Numbered from the stretch's first letter, positions 9,185-19,561 are shown. The stretch: DNA of 53,031 nucleotides from Candidatus Iainarchaeum sp. (GCA_017610175.1 JAFCCO010000010.1:1-53031); one strand, 5' to 3'. The notes: generated by a model not told the origin, from the sequence alone. A program made the numbers and translations.

Positions 9185-9904
9185 GTGAAAATTGGAATTT
9201 CAACAGGCGCGTGCTTTCCCTTTTTGTCTGCGAAAGGAAAGCAAGTCAAACTAATAAGCGAATTTCTTCCCGAAATTAACGGGCTTGAATTCATTTTCCC
9301 AAGGCCGCTGGACCTTATGATGTTTAAACCAAGGGGGCGGATTGCCAAAGCCCTGAAGCAATTTGAATTTGTTTCAATTCACTACCCTTTCTCCTGGCAC
9401 GTTGCCCACAGCGGGTTTTCGGAGCGGCAAATGCTTTCAAAAATCAAGGCAATAGACCGCGCGGTTGGGGTAAAGCACATAGTTGTTCACCCGCGCGCCG
9501 CAAAAAACTGGAAAAATTTCCAAAATTTGGGATTAGAGGTTCTTCTCGAGAACCAAACCCCTGTGTCGGGCGGGGAATTCAAAACCCCTGCCGGAATGAA
9601 GCGGCTTTTGAGGGAAACAGGGTTTGGAATGTGCCTTGATTTAAACCACGCGATTGGAAACGGAGTCGCTCCTGAAAATTTTTTGGGCCTGAAAAGCAAA
9701 ATAAAGCAGGTTCATGTGAATGCAACCGAAGGAACGGGGACCGAATCGCACAATTTTGTTCACTCTTCATCTTTGCGCATTAAGGGGCAGGCAAAGCGCG
9801 CGCTCAAGGGGTTGCGCAAATCTGTTTGGATGATTGAGCCAAAATCCAAAGTTAGCCCGCGCAGGAAGCTTGCCCGCGAAATCTCTTTCCTAAAGTCAAT
9901 CTGA
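9185..9904 (+). CDS. AP-endonuclease-2/xylose-isomerase-like TIM-barrel protein
   Basis: SIHYP, VVHP, LLEN, CLDLNH, QVHVN motifs. Confidence 0.75.
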   Translation: MKIGISTGACFPFLSAKGKQVKLISEFLPEINGLEFIFPRPLDLMMFKPRGRIAKALKQFEFVSIHYPFSWHVAHSGFSERQMLSKIKAIDRAVGVKHIVVHPRAAKNWKNFQNLGLEVLLENQTPVSGGEFKTPAGMKRLLRETGFGMCLDLNHAIGNGVAPENFLGLKSKIKQVHVNATEGTGTESHNFVHSSSLRIKGQAKRALKGLRKSVWMIEPKSKVSPRRKLAREISFLKSI

Positions 9905-10099
9905 TTAATTCAAAATCTGCTTTGCGGAAGAGCGGGGGTTGCTTGCAAAAAATTTCGGTTTGAAATTAGCGCGCGCGCCCAGCAAAGCGGTTGATTTTTC
10001 AAACCGGTTTTTTTGCCAAAACCGCGAATTGAAATCCAAACCGCTCACTTCCCCTATTCGGGGGCGAGCGCTTAAATTCCTTTCGCTCTTTTTCTACTT

Positions 10100-10318
10100 T
10101 TGATTCCAATGAAGTGCGCAAAATGCGGCAAGTCCGCAACAAAACTCAATGCCCAGGGAATTCCTGTGTGCTCGCACCACACAAAGATTAAGATAAAGGC
10201 GCCAAGCTGCCCAAACTGCGGGCTTGAAATGAACATCCGCGAAAGCAAGTACGGCAAATTCTGGGGCTGCAAAGCATTTCCAATGTGCGATGGAATTCAA
10301 AGGCTTGGGTCAGCATAA
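10100..10318 (+). CDS. Small protein with topoisomerase-type C4 zinc ribbon
   Basis: CPNCG..MNIRESKYGKFWGCKAFPMC plus an N-terminal CxxC; start 10100 or 10109. Confidence 0.85.
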   Translation: MIPMKCAKCGKSATKLNAQGIPVCSHHTKIKIKAPSCPNCGLEMNIRESKYGKFWGCKAFPMCDGIQRLGSA

Positions 10319-10350
10319 GCTTAAACTCCACTTAAAACAAGTTTCTTACC

Positions 10351-11230
10351 ATCCCCGCGCCTAAACCGGTAAAAATTCCCCTGTATCGGAAGCGGGCTGG
10401 AAAGCCGCGCAAAATAAAGAGTCCGACAGTTTTGTTGAAGGGGATTCGCAAGCTTCGGGAAGTTAGGGAAAAACTGCGCAAGCGCGAGTGGAGAAAGCTT
10501 GCAGAGCTCAAAAGGCAGAAAGGCGTTCCTGGCAAGGAGGAGCACATTTCAAGGCAGCTTCGAAGGATTCGCCCCCTTGACAGAAAGGCAGATTCCCTCC
10601 TGGACCTGCGGAGAAAAAGACTGCAGGAATTTGCAACACACGACCCTGAATTTCCGCGGCTTTTGAACAGAATGTTTTTTTTCGATAGGCTTGCCAAGAA
10701 ATTGCGCGCAAAGGGCGCGCACTCCTTGATTTACATTGACGTTGGCTATACCTCAAGCGCGTGAACAACAGGTTTGGGAGGCAGGAAGGGGGGGATGGGC
10801 TTGCTCAAAGCTTACTCTGAAGCAATAACCAAATCCATGGTTGGAAAAAAGGGCCTGGCCGGGCACATTGGGGGGCGGCGATGAATTTGTTCTTTACCTT
10901 CCGATAAATGCAAAGGATGCAAGGCAGTTTCTTACAGCAACATTCGCGTCCATTAGGGCTGAAGCTTTGAAGAAGTGGCCAAAGTATGGCGAGGCAGTTG
11001 CAACAAGGAAACTTAGCCGAAGAAGCCTGCTCCCCCTAACCTACAGCGCGGGCGTAATCCAGCTAAAGCCCGGCGAGGGCGTTGTGAGGGCGGAGCACGC
11101 AGCCGACATCCTGTGCAAGATGGCCAAGCACGGCGGTAAGGGCAGAGGGAGAACAACAAACACAATTTCCTCCAGAAGCAGCACAAGCAGGCTTGAAAGG
11201 CAGCTTGCAAAAAAGCAGACAAAAATTTAG
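10351..11230 (+). pseudogene. Frameshifted GGDEF (diguanylate-cyclase-like) gene with a basic N-terminal leader
   Basis: Joining frames gives HDPEFPRLLNR...SLIYIDVGY/LKRVNNRFGRQEG/xGLLKAYSE...AGHIG/GDEFVLYLP...LTYSAGV...AD...AKHGG. Shifts lie at about 10747-10751, 10788-10800 and 10870-10875. Confidence 0.82.
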
Positions 11231-11270
11231 CTTTAGAAAGGGTTAAATTGATTGAATCTGCAAACTTATT

Positions 11271-11756
11271 ATGCAACGCAAGCCGGTTAAGAAAAGGTTG
11301 ATTGTTGACATAGGTGCTGGTGCAGGGGACTTTTCCCAGGCCCTAAAACGCCGCAATCCAAATGCAAAGGTTATTGCAGTTGACCGCGAAGCCGCAGGCA
11401 AGGGAATTGTCCATGCTTCAATGGGCTCGTTTTTTCAGCACAGAATAAAGAATCCTGCGCGCGTGAAGAAAGTGTGGCTAAACCACGTTGACATAATTTC
11501 CTGCGAAGCATTAAAGGAATTCAAGGCAATGGTCAAACAACTTTCCCCCGGTGCAAGAGTAATGCTTACCATCCGGGCAGAGAGGCTTGCCCAGGTCAGG
11601 GCAGCAATTCAATCCGCCGGGCTTGAAATTAAAGCAGAGAGGGTGTGGAATCCAAAAATGGTTGGAAGCCAGTACACAAAAAAGTTTTACGCAGAGGCGC
11701 AGCGCGGCGTTTCAAAAGCAGCCCCTGTAAGGGTTGTTGCCGTTAAGCCACGCTGA
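11271..11756 (+). CDS. Basic, class I SAM-methyltransferase-like protein
   Basis: IVDIGAGAGDF and VIAVDRE motifs; very Lys/Arg-rich. Confidence 0.75.
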   Translation: MQRKPVKKRLIVDIGAGAGDFSQALKRRNPNAKVIAVDREAAGKGIVHASMGSFFQHRIKNPARVKKVWLNHVDIISCEALKEFKAMVKQLSPGARVMLTIRAERLAQVRAAIQSAGLEIKAERVWNPKMVGSQYTKKFYAEAQRGVSKAAPVRVVAVKPR

Positions 11757-13101
11757 CTTTTTTCTTTGGCTTAATTCCCCTGAGCCAGAATCCTGAGTAA
11801 AACAGGGCACTGACAAAAACCAGTTCAACAGCGGCGCCAATTACTAATGCAATCCAAATCCCGTCAAGCAAAAAAGTTTCCGAAAGGAAGAAAGCAAGTG
11901 CGATTGTGACAACCCAGTAAATAATGTTTGTTGCAAATGCAAGCTGTGTCTTTCCCGCACCCTGGAACGCGCTAATGAAAATGAAGTAAACAGCGTAAAG
12001 CGGGAACACAAAAGGAACAATTGAGAGATAGCTTTTTCCAATTCCAATCACTATAAAGTGTTGGGTGAAAACGCGCATCAGTTCCTCGGGAAACGCAAGC
12101 AAAACAAGCATTATGGCAATTGAGATGACAAGCGTGGCCCTGATTGCGATTACTGCAACGCGTTTGGCCCGTTCAAAGTTTCCGGCCCCGATATTTTGCC
12201 CGACAAAGCTTGCCACCGCCGAAGAAATTCCGACAATTGGCATTATTGCAACAGAGTTAAGCCTCATTCCAACACCGTAAGCAGCAATTGCGTAACTCCC
12301 GAAAGAACCAACCATGCCCATAAGCAGCATGAATCCGCCTGCTGTAAGTGTTTGTGAGGCTGAAGCAGGCAGGCCGACAAAAATCATTTGCTTTATGTAC
12401 TCGGGGTGCGGTTTGAATGCGCGGAGCGAAAGCGAAATTTTTGATTTGGGGGTGTAAATGTGCATAAAGTTTAGCACCATTGCAAGGAACCTTGAAAACA
12501 CGGTTGCAAGTGCCGCTCCTGCAAGCCCAAGTGCGGGAATTGGCCCGAAACCAAATATCAAAATTGGGTCAAGGATTATATTCAGCACAATTGAGGCTGC
12601 AAGGTTTTTCATGGGGGTTTTGCTGTCTCCCTGGGCCCTTAAAATCGAGTCCGAAATAAACCAGCCAAACATGAATATCATGCCTATGAAAATAAGTGTC
12701 GAATATTCAAGTGCAAGAGGGAGAACAAGCTCGTCTGCACCCATCAAGGCAAACAGGGGAGCAGAGAACAGTATGGCAAGTGTGGCAACCACTATTCCCA
12801 GGATTGCGGCAAAGATTAGTGCATGCTCTGAAAGATTGTTTGCTTCAGGGAGATTTTTTTTGCCTATTGCCTGCGCAATCAGCGCGTTTGCCCCAATGCC
12901 CAGTCCGCTTGCAACAGCAATGAACACAAACACAACAGGGAATGCAAGGGAGACGGCCGCAAGCTCCAGCGGCCCAAGCATTCCAATGAAAATTGTGTCA
13001 ATGATGTTGTATGCCGTGTGAAAAAACATTCCCGCAACAATTGGCAGCGAGAACAAAAGCAGTTTTTTGCCAATGCTTCCCTCGGTAAAATCGTGGACCA
13101 T
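11743..13101 (-). CDS. MATE family efflux transporter
   Basis: DFTEGSIGK start, LRAQGDSKTP, NIILDPILIFG, GQNIGAG; about 12 TM helices. Confidence 0.95.
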   Translation of the reverse strand: MVHDFTEGSIGKKLLLFSLPIVAGMFFHTAYNIIDTIFIGMLGPLELAAVSLAFPVVFVFIAVASGLGIGANALIAQAIGKKNLPEANNLSEHALIFAAILGIVVATLAILFSAPLFALMGADELVLPLALEYSTLIFIGMIFMFGWFISDSILRAQGDSKTPMKNLAASIVLNIILDPILIFGFGPIPALGLAGAALATVFSRFLAMVLNFMHIYTPKSKISLSLRAFKPHPEYIKQMIFVGLPASASQTLTAGGFMLLMGMVGSFGSYAIAAYGVGMRLNSVAIMPIVGISSAVASFVGQNIGAGNFERAKRVAVIAIRATLVISIAIMLVLLAFPEELMRVFTQHFIVIGIGKSYLSIVPFVFPLYAVYFIFISAFQGAGKTQLAFATNIIYWVVTIALAFFLSETFLLDGIWIALVIGAAVELVFVSALFYSGFWLRGIKPKKKVSVA

Positions 13102-13152
13102 GCAAATGAGTTGCTGGGAAATGCTTATAATCGTGGGTTGCCTTGTTTTATT

Positions 13153-13407
13153 ATGGGGAAAAAAGATCCTGCTTCAAGAAAGGCTGAGCTAATAAAAAAA
13201 CTAAGGCTTGTTAAAGAGGGGAAGATGTCAATGTCCGCCCGCGCGCACTTAAATCTGCTTAATGAGCTTGTGCAAATGGGGGTAATTCATTCCTACACCC
13301 AAGACCTGGTCAGGAAAAACACCGCCCGCGCGATTGAAAAAGCAAAGCAAATGAAGGAAGCAAAAAGGCTTGCCCAAATCAAATTAATGAAGAGAAAGTC
13401 ACGCTAA
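13153..13407 (+). CDS. Small basic hypothetical protein
   Basis: ATG about 30 nt after CTTATAA; MGKKDPASRK...MKRKSR. Confidence 0.65.
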   Translation: MGKKDPASRKAELIKKLRLVKEGKMSMSARAHLNLLNELVQMGVIHSYTQDLVRKNTARAIEKAKQMKEAKRLAQIKLMKRKSR

Positions 13408-13459
13408 CTTCTACATAACAGGGTTGTGTTTTTTAACCGCTATTAACCACTTTTTTTTA

Positions 13460-14380
13460 ATGCAATCAAAATTTTCAATCGGAAAAACAACCCCCAAAAA
13501 CAACCTTGTGCTTGCTCCGCTTGCTGCAATTTCCGATTTGCCTTTCAGGCTTTTGTGCAGGGACCAGGGGGCAGGGCTTTGCTTTACCGAGATGATTAAT
13601 TCCGAGGCCGTTGCCCGCAACAACAAGTCCGCTTTTTCGATTGCTTTGAGCCGTGCTGACGACAAGCCCTTGGGGCTGCAGCTTTTTGGGGCAAGGGTTG
13701 ATTCCATGAAAAAAGCGGGCACCGCTTTGGATAAGAAAGCGGATTTTGATTTTTTTGATTTAAATTTTGGCTGCCCGGACGAAAATGTTTTGAAGCAGGG
13801 AGCGGGCTCTGCTTTGCTTAAGAGGCCGGCTCGTGCGGCCGAGCTTGTGCGTGCGTTAAGGGAGACAGGAAGGGATGTCTCCGCAAAAATCAGGCTTAGC
13901 CCGAATGTTCTTTCCTCAATTAAGTTCTGCAGGGCACTTGAGGCCGCGGGAGTGAGCTGCATTTCGGTTCATGGGCGAATTGTTAAGCAAAAGTATTCCG
14001 GCGCGGTTGATTTTGTCGCAATTAAGAGAATTGCAAAGTCCGTTTCTGTGCCCGTTATTGCGAACGGGAATTTGCGCACTGCACACGATGTTGAGAAAAC
14101 TCTGCGCGAAACAAGGGCTTCTGCCGCAATGATTGGGAGGGCTGCAATCGGAAATCCCGGAATTTTTGCAGAGTTTCAGGGGAGAAGGGGAATTAGGCCT
14201 GTTGAAGCAATGTTTAAGTATGTTGAGTTAAGTGACGAGTTTGGCTTGAACCGGTTTGGCAAACTTAAAACCCAGATTATCAGGTTTCTTGCAAAGGAAA
14301 AGTTGGGCAATGCAATTTTTGATGTGCAGAAGGCAAGGGACAGGGAATCTGTTGATGCAGCCCTCTCCAAAATTGAGTAA
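13460..14380 (+). CDS. dus: tRNA-dihydrouridine synthase
   Basis: LAPLA, FTEM, LQLFG, DLNFGCP, SVHGR, IANG, MIGRAAIGNP. Confidence 0.93.
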   Translation: MQSKFSIGKTTPKNNLVLAPLAAISDLPFRLLCRDQGAGLCFTEMINSEAVARNNKSAFSIALSRADDKPLGLQLFGARVDSMKKAGTALDKKADFDFFDLNFGCPDENVLKQGAGSALLKRPARAAELVRALRETGRDVSAKIRLSPNVLSSIKFCRALEAAGVSCISVHGRIVKQKYSGAVDFVAIKRIAKSVSVPVIANGNLRTAHDVEKTLRETRASAAMIGRAAIGNPGIFAEFQGRRGIRPVEAMFKYVELSDEFGLNRFGKLKTQIIRFLAKEKLGNAIFDVQKARDRESVDAALSKIE

Positions 14381-14493
14381 GCCCTAAACTTGTGCCCGCG
14401 CGGACTGCTCCAACCCTGCTTCTTTTTCCTAATTTATCTTATCGCCCTGCTCAAGGTTTTTAAAATGAAGGGGCATTATTGAATTTGAGGGTT

Positions 14494-15063
14494 ATGACTA
14501 ATGAAATAAACAATGCTAACCCTGCCCCGCTTGGGCTTATGGGTTTTGGTTTAACAACAATTCTTTTGAACCTGCACAATGCGGGCTTTTTCGGGTTGGG
14601 TGCGATGATTCTTGCAACCGGTCTTTTTTACGGGGGTATGGCGCAGGTTATTGCGGGAATTCTTGAATTCAAGAAGGGAAACACTTTTGGTTTGACAGCG
14701 TTCACTTCCTACGGCTTTTTTTGGATTTCACTTGTTGCATTGCTTGTTTTGCCTAAAATGGGGCTTGCAGAACCCGCTTCGGCGACGGCGATGGGTTTCT
14801 ATCTCCTAATGTGGGGGATTTTCACTTTCTTCATGTTCTTTGGAACCCTTAAGGCAAACCGCGTTCTGCAGTTTGTTTTCGGCTCGCTTACCCTGCTTTT
14901 TTTTCTGCTTGCAATCGGGGACTTTACCGGAATCGCATTGATTAAAACAATTGCCGGATTTGAGGGAATAATCTGCGGCGGGTCAGCAATTTACCTTGCA
15001 ATGGCAGAGGTTATAAATGGGGCACAGGGAAAGGAAATTCTTCCTGTCTTTTCCGTGAACTGA
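14494..15063 (+). CDS. satP: Acetate/succinate uptake transporter (GPR1/FUN34/YaaH family)
   Basis: [24 protein letters not shown] signature. Confidence 0.93.
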   Translation: MTNEINNANPAPLGLMGFGLTTILLNLHNAGFFGLGAMILATGLFYGGMAQVIAGILEFKKGNTFGLTAFTSYGFFWISLVALLVLPKMGLAEPASATAMGFYLLMWGIFTFFMFFGTLKANRVLQFVFGSLTLLFFLLAIGDFTGIALIKTIAGFEGIICGGSAIYLAMAEVINGAQGKEILPVFSVN

Positions 15064-15110
15064 GCTTTGGGAAAACAATTATTAAGCACAAAGCGCCTGA
15101 TTAATTCTGA

Positions 15111-16046
15111 ATGAAAAAGTTCGATGTTGTAAGCATTGGAAATGCCACCCTTGACGTTTTCATAAGCGTTCACGCAAAAAAAACAAGGGACAACTGCATT
15201 ATCCTTCCCTGCGGAAGCAAGCAGGAGGTTGAAAGTATTTTCTATTCAACCGGGGGGGGTGCGACAAACACGTCCGTTGCATTTTCCCGCCTTGGATTAA
15301 GGACAGGAATTCTTGCGGCCGTTGGAAAAGACGATCCGGCCAAAACAATTCTTTCAGAGCTCAAGGGAGAGGGGGTTGACACTTCCATGGTTGAGCGCAT
15401 TGAAAAGTTCAATACAGCCTACAGTGCAATAGTTACCGGTCGCGGTTTTGACCGCGTGATTTTTACTTATGGGGGCGCAACAACCCACCTCCAGGAAGAG
15501 AAGCAGATTAATTGGAGAAAACTTTCCAAGTCAAATTGGTTTTATGTAAGCAGTTTTCACAGCAGGCACTTGATTCTGGAAAAGGTTTTTGATTTCGCGC
15601 GCAAGAACAAAATCAATGTTGCCTGGAATCCAGGAAAGAGCGAGCTCAAGCAGGGAATCAACAAACTTAGACCCATACTTGGCTGCACAAACATTTTCTT
15701 TGTAAACGCAGAGGAGGCTGAAATGCTTACCCGCAAAAAGGGGATTAAGGCAAACCTCAGGGAACTGCAGAAACTCGTTCCACTTGTTGTAATCACAACC
15801 GGAAAAAAGGGCTGCATTGCGTTTGACGGGGTCCGCTTTTTTGAGGCAAAAACCCACAAGATAAACGTTGTTGATTCAACAGGAGCAGGGGACGCATTCA
15901 ACTCAGGTTTCTTAACCGGGATAATTTGGGGCAAGCCAATTCCTGGGGCACTGAAGCTTGGTGTTAGGGTTGCGGAATCAATCCTTGTTGCAATGGGCGC
16001 AAAGAACAATTTGCTTTCCAAAAAACAGGTGCGCAAGTTTGTTTAA
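15111..16046 (+). CDS. PfkB family carbohydrate kinase
   Basis: GGGATNT and DSTGAGDAF motifs. Confidence 0.92.
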   Translation: MKKFDVVSIGNATLDVFISVHAKKTRDNCIILPCGSKQEVESIFYSTGGGATNTSVAFSRLGLRTGILAAVGKDDPAKTILSELKGEGVDTSMVERIEKFNTAYSAIVTGRGFDRVIFTYGGATTHLQEEKQINWRKLSKSNWFYVSSFHSRHLILEKVFDFARKNKINVAWNPGKSELKQGINKLRPILGCTNIFFVNAEEAEMLTRKKGIKANLRELQKLVPLVVITTGKKGCIAFDGVRFFEAKTHKINVVDSTGAGDAFNSGFLTGIIWGKPIPGALKLGVRVAESILVAMGAKNNLLSKKQVRKFV

Positions 16047-16462
16047 TTTTCCTTGAGAAATTCGCCGGCTTTTTTCAAGAGCTCTTTTGCCGTTTTGTGC
16101 GTTGCCAATTCAATCCCCTGCTCCAGCGGCAGCCATTTGAATCCGGTGTGCTCGTGTGATAGCAAAACCTTTGTGTGCCTTGCCTCAACGAGAAAGAACG
16201 AAACTTCCTTGAAAATCTTTCCCCGATTTGAACTGAAGAAGTAGTGAATCCCTTCGCTGAATCCCTTCACAATGCTTGAATCGCTTTGCCCAAAACCTGT
16301 TTCCTCCCCAAGCTCGCGAAGCATTGCGGTTTCTTCAGTTTCATCCCCTTCAAGATGCCCTTTTGGAAAATCCCAGTGCCCTGCCCTGTACTGCAGCAGC
16401 AGGAACCTGTTTTTTGCTCCCGGAATGAAAACGATTGCGCCGGCACTTTTCTCCTTTGGCAT
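16043..16462 (-). CDS. NUDIX hydrolase (Ap4A hydrolase-like)
   Basis: SAGAIVF, HWDFPKGH..E...A.REL.EETG, LSHEH. Confidence 0.9.
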   Translation of the reverse strand: MPKEKSAGAIVFIPGAKNRFLLLQYRAGHWDFPKGHLEGDETEETAMLRELGEETGFGQSDSSIVKGFSEGIHYFFSSNRGKIFKEVSFFLVEARHTKVLLSHEHTGFKWLPLEQGIELATHKTAKELLKKAGEFLKEN

Positions 16463-16541
16463 GGGAGTAATACGCAAAACCAGTGTTTAATTCTTTGCAT
16501 TTTGCATACCTTAAAATATAACGTTGCCCAAATTAGTTGTG

Positions 16542-16790
16542 ATGAAGAAACTTGCTTTAATTTTGCTCGCGATTTTTGCGCTCTCGATTCTAAGCGGATG
16601 CGTTGAGCCAGTTGGGGAAGAAAAGCCCCCTGCGCAGCCAACACCCGGCCCCAAGGTTTTAACCCCGGAGGAAGAGGAAGACATTAAGTGGCTTGATTTG
16701 GCGCATAAAGAAAATGACCCTTCTTATTGTGAAAATATTAAAGACCCTGGGGCAAAAGAATTTTGCCTTGACGCAATCCCGCTGGATTAA
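16542..16790 (+). CDS. Small lipoprotein
   Basis: MKK + hydrophobic stretch + LSGC lipobox. Confidence 0.8.
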   Translation: MKKLALILLAIFALSILSGCVEPVGEEKPPAQPTPGPKVLTPEEEEDIKWLDLAHKENDPSYCENIKDPGAKEFCLDAIPLD

Positions 16791-16798
16791 TTTCTCAA

Positions 16799-17710
16799 TT
16801 AGGTTCTGGTCTTTACTTCAAACTCTTTCATATTGCAGTAGGACCGGGCACAGTTTGTAATGTAAAAGCGCACATATCTTCCCTGGGTTTCGGTAAAACT
16901 TGTTTCAACCCAATCTATTGTTGACACAGTCCACCCGCTTTTTAGTGTGGACCATGCGCTTCCATCATCTGAAATATCAATATTCATCGTTTGCGGTACA
17001 TAACTGGAATTAAGGTTTGCCCTTACTGCGCTGACATATTTGTTTTCACCCAAGTCGCCGTATATCCATTTGGGTGGCCCTGTTCCCAAGCCAGCCCAAC
17101 CGAAGTCTGCTGCTGTGCCGTTTGATGCAAAGCTGCAGAAGTATGAACTGTTAAAATAGTCGCTGCAGTTTGAGGTCCCGGCGCCAATTGTCATTGTTTG
17201 CCATTCAGGTGTTCCTGTTGGCCCTGAGGGCGCGCCGTCCCCGCCGCCAAAGCTTCCCGTCCCTTCAATTGAAACTGTTTTTGCTATTCCGCTTCTTTTT
17301 TGGTAGGTTATGCTCACTCCGCCTCCAACTGTCCCGCTTGTTGGCGCGTCAATTCCCTCAATTAGAATGTCGCTTCCCGCTCCCACACTGACCGGAGCGG
17401 ATGCCGGGTCTTCGTTGTTTACTGTTATTGGAGCGCCCCCTGTGTTGGCAAAACTTCCTGTTCCTAAAATACCTGTTACTGAGATGCCTCCCCCTGTTGC
17501 ATTAAGCATTGCAAGGGTTACACTGTCTTCGCCTCCGCCTGCCACTATTGCCTGGTCTTTTAGAAGCATTTCGTTGTCTGTTGAGGTAAAAGAAACCTCG
17601 TTCGGCGGCTGTATGATAAACACAAGTGTTCCGACAACCATGGCAACAACTATGAGTGTCCAGCCATAGGTCATCAGGTATTCAAGTGCAGATTGCGCTT
17701 TTTTTTCCAT
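16799..17710 (-). CDS. Type IV pilin-like protein with C-terminal discoidin (F5/8C)-like domain
   Basis: Class III signal KAQSALEYLMTYGW; WIYGDLG...ISDDGSAW...GRYVRF...EFEV. Confidence 0.88.
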   Translation of the reverse strand: MEKKAQSALEYLMTYGWTLIVVAMVVGTLVFIIQPPNEVSFTSTDNEMLLKDQAIVAGGGEDSVTLAMLNATGGGISVTGILGTGSFANTGGAPITVNNEDPASAPVSVGAGSDILIEGIDAPTSGTVGGGVSITYQKRSGIAKTVSIEGTGSFGGGDGAPSGPTGTPEWQTMTIGAGTSNCSDYFNSSYFCSFASNGTAADFGWAGLGTGPPKWIYGDLGENKYVSAVRANLNSSYVPQTMNIDISDDGSAWSTLKSGWTVSTIDWVETSFTETQGRYVRFYITNCARSYCNMKEFEVKTRT

Positions 17711-17754
17711 TAGAATTCAGTAGTATTGAATGCATTCCAGGTATTTATTAATTC

Positions 17755-18387
17755 CTACATGAACTGTTCGTAGACTTCGCTGTTGAATTTGTACAGGAAT
17801 CTTTTGATTTTTGCGCCCTGGAATTTGTACCTGCCAAGGATTTCCTCCATTTCCCCGTGGAACTGCTTGAACTCGTGTTTCTGGCTTGGGTCAAGCAGCA
17901 GAAATTTCCCGTTGAGTTCTGTTGTCACAACAGCGTGTGTTTTCAGGTTCTCAAGTTCGCAGATTATTATTGCCGCCTTCTTGTCTTTGAGGGCAAGAAG
18001 AATTGTGCTTAGGAAAACGGCAAGATCCTCGTCGTCCGCAACCTTTGCCGAAAAAATTTCTGTGGGGGAAAGCCAGTAGTTTACGTTAATTTCAGGGTCC
18101 ACAAATGCTATTTCTGTTGTCACAAACTTGAACGCTTTTTCGGCAGCTTCCTCGTACTTGCTTTCAAAGCTGTAATCCGACGGTTTCAAGTCACCAAGGA
18201 TTGACTGGATTGTCAGGTCCTCGGCGTCAACCAATGCCTTTATTTCCCCAATTGTCCGTTTTTCGCCGTCGTTAATGAGTTCTGCGTACTTTTCCAAAAG
18301 CAGTTTGTAGAGCCTGCATTTCAGGGCAGTTTCACCCGAATTTCCCTGTTTTTGCACAGGGCCCTCATTTTCCTCCATAACACTCAT
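17755..18387 (-). CDS. Transglutaminase-like fold protein lacking the catalytic Cys
   Basis: YWLSPTE...ADDEDLAVFL (compare GDCED)...HAVV...LLDPS. Confidence 0.7.
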   Translation of the reverse strand: MSVMEENEGPVQKQGNSGETALKCRLYKLLLEKYAELINDGEKRTIGEIKALVDAEDLTIQSILGDLKPSDYSFESKYEEAAEKAFKFVTTEIAFVDPEINVNYWLSPTEIFSAKVADDEDLAVFLSTILLALKDKKAAIIICELENLKTHAVVTTELNGKFLLLDPSQKHEFKQFHGEMEEILGRYKFQGAKIKRFLYKFNSEVYEQFM

Positions 18388-18477
18388 TTTTAGCTGAAAA
18401 ATGCTTTAAAAATGATGTTGCATTTTGAAAGCAATTCTTTTATAGCATAAAGGCGCATATTAAACAAAGGTGCATTA

Positions 18478-19020
18478 ATGGGGAAAAAAGCGCAGGTTGC
18501 GGTAGAATATATGATTCTCACCGGATTCATTTTGGTGATTGTCACAATAACGTTTGGCGCGTCATACGTAAGCTTTGATTTAAACACAAAGATTGCGCAA
18601 ACAAACAAATTTGTTGATTCGCTTGTTAACAGCATTGACGGAATTTACGTTCTTGGGCCCGGCAACATTGCTTTGGTGAACACAACAATTCCGATGGGAA
18701 CGGAATCAATTTCTGCGGAGTATGTATGCACGGATTCAATAAGCCAGACAATTGCAGGATGCGGTGGGCCAAGCGATGTGAATTTCACAGAAATTTCTCT
18801 TGATATTTCGCTTGTGACCGGTACGACCTCAATAAAGTCTGTAGCTAGGGCGCCGATGGAATTTTTGGACGATGCCGAGGGAAAATCTTTCCCCTGCACC
18901 ACAAATTCAGAGTTCTGCAGCGGGGTATACAACTTGTTTATTTGCTGGGAGCCAGCGGAGGCAGGAGTGCAGGCCTGCACAGGCTGCACAGACGGGGTAA
19001 TCTGTGTGAAAAAAGTATAG
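18478..19020 (+). CDS. Minor type IV pilin-like protein
   Basis: KKAQVAVEYM plus hydrophobic helix. Confidence 0.85.
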   Translation: MGKKAQVAVEYMILTGFILVIVTITFGASYVSFDLNTKIAQTNKFVDSLVNSIDGIYVLGPGNIALVNTTIPMGTESISAEYVCTDSISQTIAGCGGPSDVNFTEISLDISLVTGTTSIKSVARAPMEFLDDAEGKSFPCTTNSEFCSGVYNLFICWEPAEAGVQACTGCTDGVICVKKV

Positions 19021-19065
19021 GCAGGTAAAACGCACTATTATTAAGAATATAAACCATAATGAGTT

Positions 19066-19560
19066 TTGGATTCTATGCACTCTTACAAAGGCCAGATTGC
19101 CATTGAACAGATGATTTTAACGGTGTTTGTTCTCGGGACAGTTTCAATAATTTTTGCATATGCGCTAGTAAGTTTTGAGCAGAGCGGACGGGCGGCAGAG
19201 GCAAACGATGCCGTAAACAGGATGGTTGCAAAAGCCAATTCAATCCACGCCCTTGGAAAATCACACTCGGACTTTATTCAGGTGAGTTTTCCCACAGGCT
19301 CTCAGTCAGTATTCCTTCTGCACAAATGCGTTTCGGATTCAAGCATTGGCGCGGCATGCCCTTTGGGGGATTCAGACATTGACTTTAGCTATCTGCTGCT
19401 TACAGTGGAAATAGGGGGGTCAACGCAGGAAATAGCAAGGCACTCCAACGCAGTCCTTTTGCTTCAGGAATTTCCATCCGGAAGTGAGCTTGGGGGAAGC
19501 AGGCAAACAATCAGGGTTTCTTGGACAGACACCGGCAAGATAAAATTAAGGAGGGTGTGA
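19066..19560 (+). CDS. Minor type IV pilin-like protein
   Basis: KGQIAIEQM plus hydrophobic helix; similar to the preceding gene. Confidence 0.85.
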   Translation: MDSMHSYKGQIAIEQMILTVFVLGTVSIIFAYALVSFEQSGRAAEANDAVNRMVAKANSIHALGKSHSDFIQVSFPTGSQSVFLLHKCVSDSSIGAACPLGDSDIDFSYLLLTVEIGGSTQEIARHSNAVLLLQEFPSGSELGGSRQTIRVSWTDTGKIKLRRV

Positions 19561-19561
19561 A

